Made by a program: the position numbers and the translations under genes. This document shows positions 45,494 through 55,875 of a stretch of 64,000 bases of DNA, in pieces. The notes beneath the pieces are model-generated. The model had not been told where the DNA came from. It saw only the letters and a list, made by a program, of their open reading frames with translations, and ran no database searches. The stretch comes from an uncultured Bacteroidales bacterium (GTDB lineage Bacteria; Bacteroidota; Bacteroidia; Bacteroidales; ML635J-15). Within the stretch, counting starts at the first letter, position 1. Each line of letters begins with the position of its first letter. The stretch spans positions 347-64,346 of the forward strand of contig CALDKB010000056.1 in assembly GCA_937899245.1 (NCBI GenBank), written 5' to 3'.

Positions 45494-48400
45494 CTATTCG
45501 TTTCCGTCAAGCATGATGAATGCAGCCCAGTATATGAATTTTTCAAATCCTGGAGTCGTCTTTACGGTCTTTTGTGCAGCAATGAATGCCTCGCGTTTCG
45601 ACATTCCATCTGTAAGGTTTTTGTAAAATTCGGTCATCATAAGTTGTGTAGCGTTGTCATCTACCGACCATAGACTCATAATTATTGTTCTTACACCTGC
45701 CTTTTTGAACCCACGTTGCAATCCGAAAACACCTTCATCGGTAATTTCACCTAGTCCGGTCTGGCAAGCCGAAAGCACAACCAAGTCCGTGTTGCGTAAA
45801 TCCATATGGCTGATTTCCTTGGCTGTAAGTATGCCGTCTTCAACGCCTTCGGGAATTGTCATGTTTTGCCATGCGTAGTTTGCTCCCGAAAGCAACAGCC
45901 CTGATTGTACAAGAGAACGGTCGCTTATTAGCTTTCTTTCGCTTTCAAGGAAAAAGCCATGTGTGGCAAAGTGAATGATAGGTATTTCTTGTCCTGACAA
46001 AGCCTTGAAAGACTCCTCGTTTGCTTGTGCCCCTTCGTATAGAGTTGATTTTATTTTTTTCTTTTTCAGTAGTGTGCTAATAGTTTCTACTTCGACTTTT
46101 GTTCCGGGCAGATAGTTCAGGTTGTCTCTTTCTTCGTTCTTGTTGAAGGCGGCAAACGATGTGTATATCTCGTCAATTCCACGAGAAGAAAAACGTTTGC
46201 TTTCCTCTTTCATGGTTGTAGTGTCGCTATCGTAGTAAACGCCTCCGTATAGGACCGATTTTTTCAAAGGTCGAGGCATATAGTCCATTGCAAGGAATCG
46301 GGTCGACGACACGCGATATATTTCGTATTTGTCGGAAATCATCTGCTCCTGGTCTGTTTGTGCATATTCTATTCCTATCTGATGCAGTATTCCCGATGGC
46401 GCAAAGTATATTCTAGGATTTTCGGGGAAATACTTCTCCAAAGGTTTCCAAAGTACTTCGTATAGGCCCGTCGATTCATAAATGCCCAGCCGTTTGTTAG
46501 AGAATGAGGAAGCTCCGCGATTTTCGTCTTCTGTCGGATTCGGCATTTTGGCAGGAGCAATGCCTCGTTGCAGGCGGGCGATTTCCGACTTGTCGAACAA
46601 TGGCACAAATACTGGAGCTTTCATGCTTTTTGTAAGCACAACAGCTGCATATAATGTCGAATCACCATAGCTATAATTGGTGAATTCAATTGCAACGTCG
46701 TTTGCCGAAAGCGATTTTTGTACATCTTTCCAATTGATTGCTATCGAACGGGTAAAGTCTCCGTATTGACGGCTGTTCTCGATGATATGTTTTTCTATTT
46801 TTTGAATTTCATTTTCTAGCGAATCACAATTTAACAATCGTTCAGGTAAAGGTTTTTCCAATTCCTTGCTCAGTAAAATATGTTTTGTGCGCATGCTTTC
46901 ATATTCAGAAACAAGCTCGGCATTACCACTTTCGGCAATAAGGTTGTTGAATTCTATTTCCGAAGTTAACAGAAGACCTTTGGCGACAAGTTCGGCATCG
47001 TATGTATATTGAGTTTGCAAACTGTCATCTGGTAAAAAATAATTAATTATAGCCATATCCGAATATATGCTATTCGTTGTCTTCCAGTAATTTTCCCTTT
47101 CCTTAACTGTCATAAAGGAAAAGTTTGACATTAAAGTTCCTTTTGAAAGAGTCATTGCGCGTTGATAATAGTTTGCTCCTTCGAAAAAATTACCTAAAAA
47201 TATATTGCAAAACCCAATATTATGCAGAATAGATATGTAAAGGGAATTATTAACCCCATAATATTTTGAAATAGAATCCAGTACAGATGTGTAATTGTTA
47301 ATAGCTTCAACATAATTGTGTTTAATACGTTGTGTGGTGGCTATATTTTTTACACAGTTTATATAATTTAAACTATTTACCCCAGATGTGTGCCCTAGAA
47401 TATCTTTAGCCATTTGATAATACTGATTCGATTTTGTCGTATCAATATTTGCAATATTAATAAGTGTATTTGCGACATCTGGATGGTCGCAACCAATTTT
47501 TTTAATTTGTATTTCCAAAGCCTTGTTAAAGTATTCCAAGGCCTTGTCTTTTTGCTTTAAATCTTTATATGTACCCCCGATATTATTAAAGTATCGAGCA
47601 TAACATAAACTGTCTATACTTGGACTTTTTTCAATTAAATTGATGGCTTTGCTACGGAATTCCAATGATTTATCATAGCTTCCAATAATTTGATATGCGG
47701 TGGCTATGTTGTCCAAGGTCGTTGTGTATTGACTGCTGTATTCACCATAGAGATCCTTTCTGATAGACAATGCCTTTTCATAATATTTCAATGCCATGTT
47801 GCAATCTTCCAAGTTCTGGTAGATTACACCTATGTTGTTGAGTACAATATCGTATAACCGAATCTGATTATTAGATTTTTGAGCTTCTAAATACTTTTCA
47901 AGTCTTAAATATATTGACAAGGATTTCTCCATTTCACCCATATCGGACAAAATAAGAGCTATATCGCTTAAATTGCTAATAAATTCTTCGCTATTTTGGA
48001 CATACACTTCGGTGATGTTCTGGTTGTTTAATTTGGCATACTTCAGCGCTTCCAAATAATTGCCTTGCATATAATGCATAATTAACAGATTGTTAATCAA
48101 ATTTATGCAATCCTCATGGTTATAACCCAGAATATCAGATTTAATCTTTAATGCTTTTTCGAAGTATTCAATAGAAGAATTATAATCAAAATTTGAATAG
48201 AGGACTCCTATGTTTGTCAATGTATTCGCATATTTTACACATTTGCCAATTCTTGAGCCCATTAGCGCCAAAGATTTTTCTCTACAATCGATTGCTTTCC
48301 CATATTCATTCTTCTTTTCGTATGAACTTGCCAAATTTATTAGCGAATCAATATCAACAGTTTGTCTTCTGTCAATAGGATCAATGGAATAATAATTATA

Positions 48401-48685
48401 GTCAGCATTTTTCGCCTGAACAATATCACCAATCCTGAAATAGCAACTAGCCAGCCACTGGCTGGAATATTGCCTTCTAGGATTATTTATGTCATATAAG
48501 GTCGTATCAATTCGAAACGACTGTTCAAAAAAAGGAATAGCCTTTTTATATTTATGAGCATGGTATAGTTCAACCCCCTTAGCATAAAGAGAGTCTGATC
48601 TTTGCTGCATGGCACAATCTGATTGTGCCATTATATTGCCTATGCAAAGAAAAATGGCAAGAAATACAAATAATGTATTTTTCAC
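45494..48685 (-). CDS. Exported TPR-repeat protein with a C-terminal CHAT (caspase-like) peptidase domain
   Basis: 1063 aa. A GTG start gives the signal peptide MKNTLFVFLAIFLCIGNIMAQ. Ten or more TPR units follow (YxxALxxxxxxxG pattern). The CHAT dyad context is IIHFATHGFF and LVVLSACQTG. Confidence 0.85.
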   Translation of the reverse strand: MKNTLFVFLAIFLCIGNIMAQSDCAMQQRSDSLYAKGVELYHAHKYKKAIPFFEQSFRIDTTLYDINNPRRQYSSQWLASCYFRIGDIVQAKNADYNYYSIDPIDRRQTVDIDSLINLASSYEKKNEYGKAIDCREKSLALMGSRIGKCVKYANTLTNIGVLYSNFDYNSSIEYFEKALKIKSDILGYNHEDCINLINNLLIMHYMQGNYLEALKYAKLNNQNITEVYVQNSEEFISNLSDIALILSDMGEMEKSLSIYLRLEKYLEAQKSNNQIRLYDIVLNNIGVIYQNLEDCNMALKYYEKALSIRKDLYGEYSSQYTTTLDNIATAYQIIGSYDKSLEFRSKAINLIEKSPSIDSLCYARYFNNIGGTYKDLKQKDKALEYFNKALEIQIKKIGCDHPDVANTLINIANIDTTKSNQYYQMAKDILGHTSGVNSLNYINCVKNIATTQRIKHNYVEAINNYTSVLDSISKYYGVNNSLYISILHNIGFCNIFLGNFFEGANYYQRAMTLSKGTLMSNFSFMTVKERENYWKTTNSIYSDMAIINYFLPDDSLQTQYTYDAELVAKGLLLTSEIEFNNLIAESGNAELVSEYESMRTKHILLSKELEKPLPERLLNCDSLENEIQKIEKHIIENSRQYGDFTRSIAINWKDVQKSLSANDVAIEFTNYSYGDSTLYAAVVLTKSMKAPVFVPLFDKSEIARLQRGIAPAKMPNPTEDENRGASSFSNKRLGIYESTGLYEVLWKPLEKYFPENPRIYFAPSGILHQIGIEYAQTDQEQMISDKYEIYRVSSTRFLAMDYMPRPLKKSVLYGGVYYDSDTTTMKEESKRFSSRGIDEIYTSFAAFNKNEERDNLNYLPGTKVEVETISTLLKKKKIKSTLYEGAQANEESFKALSGQEIPIIHFATHGFFLESERKLISDRSLVQSGLLLSGANYAWQNMTIPEGVEDGILTAKEISHMDLRNTDLVVLSACQTGLGEITDEGVFGLQRGFKKAGVRTIIMSLWSVDDNATQLMMTEFYKNLTDGMSKREAFIAAQKTVKTTPGFEKFIYWAAFIMLDGNE

Positions 48686-48693
48686 ATATTACA

Positions 48694-49566
48694 CTAGCTA
48701 ACCATTGCGTCTAGCGATCTTTCAATCAGTTCTTCCATCTTTGGTGCTGCATCCTTAACAAATTGCTTTGCATAACGATTTGCAATAATCAGACAAACAG
48801 TACTTGCATTATGTCCCAAAAGTTTCGATAAGCCGAAAATTGCCGAGCTTTCCATTTCGTAGTTGGTAATGCAACGACCATTGTAGCGGAAACTGCGAAC
48901 CTTGTCATTTATTTCGCGGTCTTGGATTTCAAGGCGCAGTTCGCGTCCTTGCGGGCCGTAGAATCCTGGAGCAGAGATTGTTATTCCATGGCGAAAATGT
49001 TCGTCAAACTTGTCGGCTAGCAGTTTTGAGCCATCTACAAAATAAGGATTTGCCAAACGTGGATTCCAATTCATGTGCTTTATGAATTTTTCTTCCATGT
49101 CGAGGTTGCATGCCTCGTCGCGACGGCGATAGAAATTTAAGAGTCCGTCGAAACCGATTGCTGTTTCGCTCAGCAGAAACGAACCGATTGCCATATCTTC
49201 CTGCAGACCACCCGAAGTGCCTATGCGAAGGAGGTTTAGTGTGCGGTGTTCTGCTTTTGGCGTGCGACTCTTCAGGTCGATGTTTGCAAGAGCGTCGAGT
49301 TCGTTCATTACGATATCAATGTTGTCGGTACCGATTCCTGTGGCTAGGACAGAAATGCGTTTGCCTTTGTATGTGCCAGTATGTGTGATAAATTCACGGT
49401 TTTGAACTTTGCATTCAATGTTGTCGAAATGCTTTGAAACCAATGCAACACGGCCGGGATCACCAACAAGAATTACATCATCAGCAAGTTGTTCGGGTAA
49501 AAGGTGCAGGTGAAAGATACTGCCGTCTGAATTAACGATTAATTCTGATTCTTCTATTTGTTTCAT
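48694..49566 (-). CDS. Nucleoside phosphorylase (PNP_UDP_1 family, uridine-phosphorylase-like)
   Basis: ATG 49566 (MKQIEESELIV). Motifs VILVGDPGRV, GKRISVLATGIGTDNIDIVMNEL and YEMESSAI. The stop lies 8 nt before the CHAT start. Confidence 0.8.
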   Translation of the reverse strand: MKQIEESELIVNSDGSIFHLHLLPEQLADDVILVGDPGRVALVSKHFDNIECKVQNREFITHTGTYKGKRISVLATGIGTDNIDIVMNELDALANIDLKSRTPKAEHRTLNLLRIGTSGGLQEDMAIGSFLLSETAIGFDGLLNFYRRRDEACNLDMEEKFIKHMNWNPRLANPYFVDGSKLLADKFDEHFRHGITISAPGFYGPQGRELRLEIQDREINDKVRSFRYNGRCITNYEMESSAIFGLSKLLGHNASTVCLIIANRYAKQFVKDAAPKMEELIERSLDAMVS

Positions 49567-49646
49567 ATTTAAAAAATATATATTTTTGTCATGAGGTAAA
49601 ATTAATATTTTTTGTTCAATCCCCAAATAATTAACTGCTGTCTTTT

Positions 49647-50477
49647 ATGTCAAAGAATATCATTTTGGTTCCTACAAATTTTTCGACCAGAGCAAACATT
49701 GCATATAGGCAGAGTATAAATTTTGCGGAAAGAACAAATGGCGATGTTCATCTGCTACATGTAATTCCGCAAAAAGATAACAATGCCAATCTTGATCTGG
49801 AAATAGATGTCATTCATAATCAGGTGCTAAAGCTGGTTGAAAATTGTAGCGATGACATTAGGCGCAGGATTCATACGAGAATAGAATATGGTCGCGTAAA
49901 TACGATTATATGCAAGGTCGAGAATGAATTGTCGCCCGACTTTATGTTTATCGGAAGCGATGCGGCCCGCAAGAATCATGCTCATTCAATAACACTAAAG
50001 CTCATTGACAAGATTTCATGTCCGTTGGTTGTTTTTGCCGGTCGTTTCGACAGGGTGGGCTGTGATAGGATTGTTTTGCCTGTGGACCTTACCAAGGAGA
50101 CTAAGCAGAAAATAGACCTGGCTGTAAAGATTGCAAAAATCTACGGCTCTAAAATTTATGTGGTGTCGGCTACCGGAAATGTCGGCGATGATAAGATGGC
50201 TCATCTTCAGGAAAGAATTGCTGATGTAAAGTCTATTTTCGACAAGATTAACATAGCTTGTGAAACACAGTTGCTTCATACGGATGACAACGTCGAAAAA
50301 ATGGCAAATTCCATTAACGATTACGCCGACGATATCAATGCCAGCGCCATAATTATTATGACGCGTCAGGAAAACAGACTGCAGAAATTTTTTGTAGGTA
50401 GCATGGCTACCGAATTAATAAAGAAAGCTAATGTGCCGATTGTGTGCGTTAGCCCTAAAGATATGTCTAACAAATAA
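49647..50477 (+). CDS. Universal stress protein, tandem USP domains
   Basis: 276 aa in two USP halves. Each half ends in a G-x-motif and a V(P)(I/L)VxV-like strand (CPLVVF, VPIVCV). Confidence 0.75.
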   Translation: MSKNIILVPTNFSTRANIAYRQSINFAERTNGDVHLLHVIPQKDNNANLDLEIDVIHNQVLKLVENCSDDIRRRIHTRIEYGRVNTIICKVENELSPDFMFIGSDAARKNHAHSITLKLIDKISCPLVVFAGRFDRVGCDRIVLPVDLTKETKQKIDLAVKIAKIYGSKIYVVSATGNVGDDKMAHLQERIADVKSIFDKINIACETQLLHTDDNVEKMANSINDYADDINASAIIIMTRQENRLQKFFVGSMATELIKKANVPIVCVSPKDMSNK

Positions 50478-50491
50478 ATACAAATATTCAT

Positions 50492-51301
50492 ATGAAAAAG
50501 TACACAGGAATCATTATTTCAGCGATAATATGCATCATCTTGCTGATAATTTTCGGAAGTTCAATGTTCTATATTGTTGACCCGGGCGAGAGGGCTATTG
50601 TTTTCCGTCCGTTCAGTTCTGGTCTTGACACCACAAATGTTTATAGTCCAGGATTTAACATTGTAGCACCTTGGAACGACTTTATTATCTACAACGTGAA
50701 GGAACGCAAGACCGAGGAGACTCTTGATGTCCTCGACAAGAACGGTCTTTCTATCAATGTTGAGATTTCTGTCCGTTACAACCCGATTCCAAACAAACTT
50801 CCTATTCTTCACCAGCAGTTCGGCGAAGATTATGTGAACCAGTTGATAATTCCTGAAGTTCGTTCAACTGTTCGTCAGGTAATGGGAAACTATACTGCGG
50901 AGGAAATTTATTCGACACGTCGTGCTCAGGTTGAACAGGAAATCATCGAGATGACTACCAAGAAACTAAAGGATAATTCGGTTGAAACCAAGGCTGTGCT
51001 TATCCGTTCAATCAACTTGCCTCCACAAATCAAGAGCGCAATCGAAAACAAGTTGCAGCAGGAACAGGAAGCTCTTGCATATCAGTTCAAACTTGAAAAA
51101 GAGAAGCAGGAAGCCGACCGTAAGCGTATTGAAGCAGAAGGTGAGGCACGTGCAAACAATATCATCAACCAGAGCTTGACTCCAAATCTTCTTAAGATGC
51201 GTGGTATTGAAGCAACTTTGAAACTCGCAAACTCGCAGAACTCTAAGACCGTTGTTATTGGTTCTGGAAGCGACGGAATGCCGTTGATTCTTGGAAACTA
51301 A
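50492..51301 (+). CDS. SPFH/band-7 (prohibitin-like) membrane protein
   Basis: N-terminal TM IISAIICIILLIIFG, then YIVDPGERAIVFRPF, and a C-terminal coiled coil EQEALAYQFKLEKEKQEADRKRIEAEGEA. Confidence 0.85.
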   Translation: MKKYTGIIISAIICIILLIIFGSSMFYIVDPGERAIVFRPFSSGLDTTNVYSPGFNIVAPWNDFIIYNVKERKTEETLDVLDKNGLSINVEISVRYNPIPNKLPILHQQFGEDYVNQLIIPEVRSTVRQVMGNYTAEEIYSTRRAQVEQEIIEMTTKKLKDNSVETKAVLIRSINLPPQIKSAIENKLQQEQEALAYQFKLEKEKQEADRKRIEAEGEARANNIINQSLTPNLLKMRGIEATLKLANSQNSKTVVIGSGSDGMPLILGN

Positions 51302-51317
51302 CAAATAAAAACATAAG

Positions 51318-51381
51318 AAAAACATCTCCATTTCCAGATTCTGAATCAAGTTCAGAATGACGAAAATGGAGATGTTTTTTT
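51318..51381. terminator. Long compound hairpin terminator between convergent genes
   Basis: The outer stem AAACATCTCCATTT / AAATGGAGATGTTT encloses the inner hairpin ATTCTGAA-tcaag-TTCAGAAT, followed by T7. Confidence 0.75.
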
Positions 51382-51411
51382 GTTCTCAAAATATAAAATA
51401 ACTCCTAACTT

Positions 51412-52551
51412 CTAATTTTTAATATTTCTCCCTTTCCATTTTGGCTTGTAAAATAGTGAAGCTACGGCAACAGAAACTATGTATATAGGATAAAAAATAG
51501 TTAGCGGAAGAATCGCCAGCCAAAGTTTTTTACGCCCGTAAAAGCGCAAAACCGGTAAAATAAAGTAGGTGTCGGCAATCAGTTTCATCATGAACAGGCA
51601 GAAGAAAACGATGAAATATATTGGATTTATGTATCCGAAAACAAACGACACCAACAAGGAGAGAGACATAAGAAAAATTATTGCCGACACGCATACAGCA
51701 AAGGCATTTTTGTATCCGCCAGCCTTTGACGCCCAGCGTATTCGTTGCGAATAGAATTCTCGCAGGTTAGAAGGCCCCTGTGTTTCAACTATACATTCCT
51801 CGTGTTGTGCAAAACCGGTCTTATGGTTTTGCTGTGCATAATGTAGCAGAAAAACATCGTCTCCAGAAGAATATTTGTCGTTTAGGTCAGCAGTTTCATA
51901 AACCTTGCGATCAACAGCAAAATTCGCCCCATTGCACATAAACGGTTTGCCCATGAAAAAACCGGAAGCACCGCTTCCAGTGAGAGATAGAAATTCCAGC
52001 TGGAATATCTTAGACCAGAAACCCTTCCCGCTGGCAAAACATACCGGCCCGCACAGCATCGAAATACCTTTTGTCTGCATTTCTGCAACCATAATTTCAA
52101 TACAATCCAGCTTTAGGTTACAGTCGGCATCGGTAAAATAAAGTATTTCTCCGTTGGAATGCTCAAAACCAATGCGAAGTGCAGCCTTTTTGCCTGAAAC
52201 ATCATTGTCGGCAGTAATAATTTTTATCCTTTGGTCATCATATTGCTTTAGAATTTCCACCGAACAGTCTTCGCTATGATCGTCAACAAAAATAAATTCA
52301 CAATTTCTATACGATTGCGATAAAAGGCTTTCGACAAGTTTATTAATGTTATTAGCTTCGTTGCGACAAGCAACAATAACACTGACAGGTATGGACTCGT
52401 GGCTGTTGTAGTGCTGTGCATGCAGGTCCTTTACCATTTCGCTGCCGGAGCCAATACTTGACGGCAAGTCTGAATCTTCGCGCCAATAATAGCAAAATGC
52501 CAGTATCAATAAGGCATAAATTGTGGCGATAGCAGCAAATGCGATAATCAT
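51412..52551 (-). CDS. Membrane-bound family-2 glycosyltransferase
   Basis: VSVIVACRNEANNI ... FIFVDDHSED ... FTDADC ... QRIRWA motifs, flanked by TM helices. The ATG at 52551 is preferred to TTG 52557. Confidence 0.85.
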   Translation of the reverse strand: MIIAFAAIATIYALLILAFCYYWREDSDLPSSIGSGSEMVKDLHAQHYNSHESIPVSVIVACRNEANNINKLVESLLSQSYRNCEFIFVDDHSEDCSVEILKQYDDQRIKIITADNDVSGKKAALRIGFEHSNGEILYFTDADCNLKLDCIEIMVAEMQTKGISMLCGPVCFASGKGFWSKIFQLEFLSLTGSGASGFFMGKPFMCNGANFAVDRKVYETADLNDKYSSGDDVFLLHYAQQNHKTGFAQHEECIVETQGPSNLREFYSQRIRWASKAGGYKNAFAVCVSAIIFLMSLSLLVSFVFGYINPIYFIVFFCLFMMKLIADTYFILPVLRFYGRKKLWLAILPLTIFYPIYIVSVAVASLFYKPKWKGRNIKN

Positions 52552-52607
52552 AGGCAAAAAATAAGGACGACTTTCATCGTCCTCATTATATTGTATTGGT
52601 TATTTTC

Positions 52608-54182
52608 CTATTCTGGATTGAACATTGCAAATTTACCCTTCTTTCCGTTGCGGGTGAACATATAGTGTGTTCCGTTGTATTCCTGGAAAAGTTCCGGAAT
52701 AATCTTGCTCTTCTTGTTGCTCTTCGGGAACAAAGCCTGACCAGAAACGGCGCCGTCGGAGAAAATAGAAACAGTCATTGCAAAGCCGGTACGGTCTGGG
52801 GAGTTGGCCTCCTTGTACTTGTCGCCGTCGAGATTTGCCTTCGATTCGCCAGCTTCAAGGTTGGAGAGGTTCTTTGGGTTGTCGTTGTAGAACAAGAATA
52901 CCTTTTCGCCGATAGCATAGGTTGCTACAGAAGAGTATTTGCCGAAATCGTTGTAGCTGTATTGGCTCTTAGGGATTCTTACCATCCATTCCATGCAGTT
53001 CTTCTGGCTGCAGTATGCTACAAGCACGTCATTGAACTTGTAATATTCGTTGTACATAGTTTCGCGGGTCTGCGGGTCGAAGATAGAGTCCTTCCAGTAG
53101 TTCTTGTGTTCTGCGACAACAACGGAGCTGCCATCGGTAAGATATAGAACGTTTAGCAACTGGTAGTCGTATTTCTGATCCATGAACTTGTTAAGTCTTT
53201 CTGCATTGAAAGCAGGAATTTCTGATTTTTGGAAAGTGTAGTTTGCCTTTTTGGAGTCGCTAGCATTTACAAGTTTCTTTTCCTTGATGTCGATCTTCTG
53301 GTGGAAAATTGCCTGGTATGTAGTCTTGCCCTTAGGAACTAGGAAGCCGAAAACGTCAATGTTGTCGTTTTCGTCAACACCGAAAATAGCATCAACAAGA
53401 GTCATCTTCTTGTCCTTGATTTCGTAAGAAGCTACATCGTCGAAAGCAGGGTCAAAGATTAACATTTTGTATGTGTATGTAACGGTTTTCATTTTAGCAA
53501 GCTGAGCTTCAGTCGGGCTAATGCGAGCAAGCATATAAATGCGGCCGCTGTTAGAAGTCTTAAGCTGGTCGATCTGGAATGCCTGTCCAACCAGAGGAAG
53601 TTTAACCTGCTTGTTGTATACTTCGCGAAGGTTTGAATTGTACATCTTGAAGTAGAAAGGTTCCTCGTTGTATGTTTGGAACGGACGGTTGTACCATACG
53701 AACATGTTCTGTCCGTTTGGCGTCAGGCAAACATTGAAGTCAACCACCATATTTTGGTTGGTAAGTTTGCCGATAACCCTAGGTTCTCCCAAAACTTGTC
53801 CATTTCGGCCGAGTTCCTGTATGTACAGGAGTTTTTCCTTCTTAAGGAAGTCGACAACTTGTGTGAACAGAATAACTTGTCCGTCAACGTAGAAAGCTTC
53901 TACATATTCGGTTTGGTTACCTTCAACAACAGGTAGTATGATTTGTGATGACGTTTCTCTGACAAGAGAAGCGGCATTAAAGTATTCGAGCCACAATTTG
54001 TCCTCTGCGTCCATTCTGATTGCGAAAAATCCATCCGAATCTCCACCAATCATTCTCACGTAGTCGTTGCCTTCTTCTAGCATGATGTCCTTGTCGTATC
54101 CGAAGTTTGCTGTCGGCTTTTGCTGGGCATTTGCTACGATGCATAGGCTCAGCGTCATAACAAACAAAAATAGTCTTCTCAT
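52608..54182 (-). CDS. Secreted protein of unknown function (beta-rich)
   Basis: 524 aa. Signal peptide MRRLFLFVMTLSLCIVANAQ. No motif that I recognise. Confidence 0.6.
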   Translation of the reverse strand: MRRLFLFVMTLSLCIVANAQQKPTANFGYDKDIMLEEGNDYVRMIGGDSDGFFAIRMDAEDKLWLEYFNAASLVRETSSQIILPVVEGNQTEYVEAFYVDGQVILFTQVVDFLKKEKLLYIQELGRNGQVLGEPRVIGKLTNQNMVVDFNVCLTPNGQNMFVWYNRPFQTYNEEPFYFKMYNSNLREVYNKQVKLPLVGQAFQIDQLKTSNSGRIYMLARISPTEAQLAKMKTVTYTYKMLIFDPAFDDVASYEIKDKKMTLVDAIFGVDENDNIDVFGFLVPKGKTTYQAIFHQKIDIKEKKLVNASDSKKANYTFQKSEIPAFNAERLNKFMDQKYDYQLLNVLYLTDGSSVVVAEHKNYWKDSIFDPQTRETMYNEYYKFNDVLVAYCSQKNCMEWMVRIPKSQYSYNDFGKYSSVATYAIGEKVFLFYNDNPKNLSNLEAGESKANLDGDKYKEANSPDRTGFAMTVSIFSDGAVSGQALFPKSNKKSKIIPELFQEYNGTHYMFTRNGKKGKFAMFNPE

Positions 54183-54243
54183 AATAAAAAAATATTTACG
54201 TAAATAATCTGCGAATATATATCATTTTTTCAAATCCCTAAAA

Positions 54244-55287
54244 TTATTTTTTCAAGTTTGCCAATTGTCCACATGCGGCAGCAATGTCACCGCCCTTCGA
54301 CTTCCTGATGGTTACTACTATATTGCAGCTTTCAATATGTCCAATAAAATCTGCAAGTGTTTCTTTATCAGTTCTCTTGAAGCTGTCGCCTTCGTGTGGA
54401 TTGTACTCGATTATATTAATTTTGCAAGGTGCTACCCTGGTAAAGTCGGTCAGTGCTCTTGCGTCGGTCAGACTGTCGTTTATGCCGCCTAGCATAAGGT
54501 ATTCGTATGTTATCCTTTTGCCAGTTTTTTCGTGGAAATATTTAATAGCATCAGAAAGGTCCTCAAGGTTGTATTTTTTGTTTATCGGCATTATCTGGTT
54601 TCGTTTAGCGTTTATAGCCGAGTGCAAGGAGATTGACAGGTTGAAACGAATGCCGTCGTCGGCAAGGCGTTTTATTTGTGGTGCAATTCCGCAAGTAGAC
54701 ATTGTGATTCGCTGAGGCGACATGCCGAGTGAATTTTCGGCACATATCTTCTCGATGGCCGCCAGTGTGTTTTCGTAGTTCATCAGCGGTTCGCCCATAC
54801 CCATAATTACAATGTTTGACAGATTGGTGCCAAAAATTTCGTTTGCGAGCCGGTTTAGCGAGAAAACCTGGTGGAATATTTCGCCCGACGAAAGGTTGCG
54901 CTTAAATCCGAGTTGGCCGGTGGCGCAGAAAGCACAGCCCATCTGGCAACCGATTTGTGTGGAGATACACGCGGTAACTCTGTTTTCGCTTGGAATAAGC
55001 ACACCTTCGAAGCGGTAGCCGTCGCTGGTTTCGAAAAGAAACTTGTGGGTTTTGTCGGTAGAAGAAATGGTGTAGATGCACTCGACATTTGCAAATTTAA
55101 AGTTTTCGCTAAGTCTTTCACGAAGTGGTTTGGCAATGTTTTTCATCTCGTCGAAGGAGGCGATGCCTTTTTTCCATATCCATTCGTAAATCTGCGATGC
55201 TCGGAATTTCTTTTCTCCAATTCCGGCAAGGTATTGCTCGAGTTCTTCTTGCGTCAGTTCGCGTATGTCTTTTTTGTCTGTGTCCAT
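54244..55287 (-). CDS. rlmN: 23S rRNA/tRNA (adenine-C2)-methyltransferase RlmN (radical SAM)
   Basis: CISTQIGCQMGCAFCATG cluster, FRASQIYEW N-domain, MGMGEPL and a C-terminal GDIAAACGQL. ATG 55287 is preferred because a -7 box lies at 55306..55313. Confidence 0.9.
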   Translation of the reverse strand: MDTDKKDIRELTQEELEQYLAGIGEKKFRASQIYEWIWKKGIASFDEMKNIAKPLRERLSENFKFANVECIYTISSTDKTHKFLFETSDGYRFEGVLIPSENRVTACISTQIGCQMGCAFCATGQLGFKRNLSSGEIFHQVFSLNRLANEIFGTNLSNIVIMGMGEPLMNYENTLAAIEKICAENSLGMSPQRITMSTCGIAPQIKRLADDGIRFNLSISLHSAINAKRNQIMPINKKYNLEDLSDAIKYFHEKTGKRITYEYLMLGGINDSLTDARALTDFTRVAPCKINIIEYNPHEGDSFKRTDKETLADFIGHIESCNIVVTIRKSKGGDIAAACGQLANLKK

Positions 55288-55305
55288 AGTGTCAAATCTG
55301 ATTTG

Positions 55306-55313
55306 CAAAAATA
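55306..55313 (-). promoter_or_regulatory. -7 box TATTTTTG upstream of rlmN
   Basis: Match to TAnnTTTG, 18 nt before ATG 55287. Confidence 0.4.
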
Positions 55314-55334
55314 CATCATATTTCAGCCCCATAG

Positions 55335-55366
55335 CAAAAATAAAGCCATCCTTTTGGGACGGCCTT
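55335..55366 (-). terminator. Strand-specific terminator after the DUF4870 gene
   Basis: The minus-strand RNA AAGGCCGUCC-caaaa-GGAUGGCUU needs G.U pairs, so it forms only on this strand. UAUUUUU follows. Confidence 0.55.
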
Positions 55367-55398
55367 ATTTATAATTTAAATCTGTTGAAGAATATCTA

Positions 55399-55791
55399 TT
55401 ACTTTAAGATTTTCATCTTACCGAAAATTGGTAAAGGCTTAGTGTTGCCCTGAGCTGCATTTACGATACCGATTATTGCAAATACAAGGAAAGCAATGCA
55501 TACAAGCCAATTGATGATGCCCCACAAAGTCATGAGACCAAAAGACCAAGAATGAATTAAAATTAAGGTAATGATGTAATTAATAATCATCCATGCTACT
55601 TCGCAAATACAAAGAGCAAGGCCCTGGTTTGCGTGGAAACGTGCAAATTTAGATTCCTTAGCTGCAAAGATTGGAATTAAAACAAGAATGCCCAAGTATG
55701 CAAGGATTGCCATTGCCTTGTTGTTCTGCTTGTCTTCCTGTGTGAATTCTTCAGTGTTTTCAACTGGTTTGTTTTCTAGTTCTTCTGCCAT
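55399..55791 (-). CDS. DUF4870-family small membrane protein
   Basis: 130 aa. AILAYLGILVLIPIFAAKESKFARFHANQGLAL is the family signature. Confidence 0.75.
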   Translation of the reverse strand: MAEELENKPVENTEEFTQEDKQNNKAMAILAYLGILVLIPIFAAKESKFARFHANQGLALCICEVAWMIINYIITLILIHSWSFGLMTLWGIINWLVCIAFLVFAIIGIVNAAQGNTKPLPIFGKMKILK

Positions 55792-55875
55792 AATGTAATC
55801 TCCTATTAGTTATTAATTAATAATTGTTTGCAAAGTAAAATACTTTTTTTCAATCCGTATTATTTTTTGTGCAAA

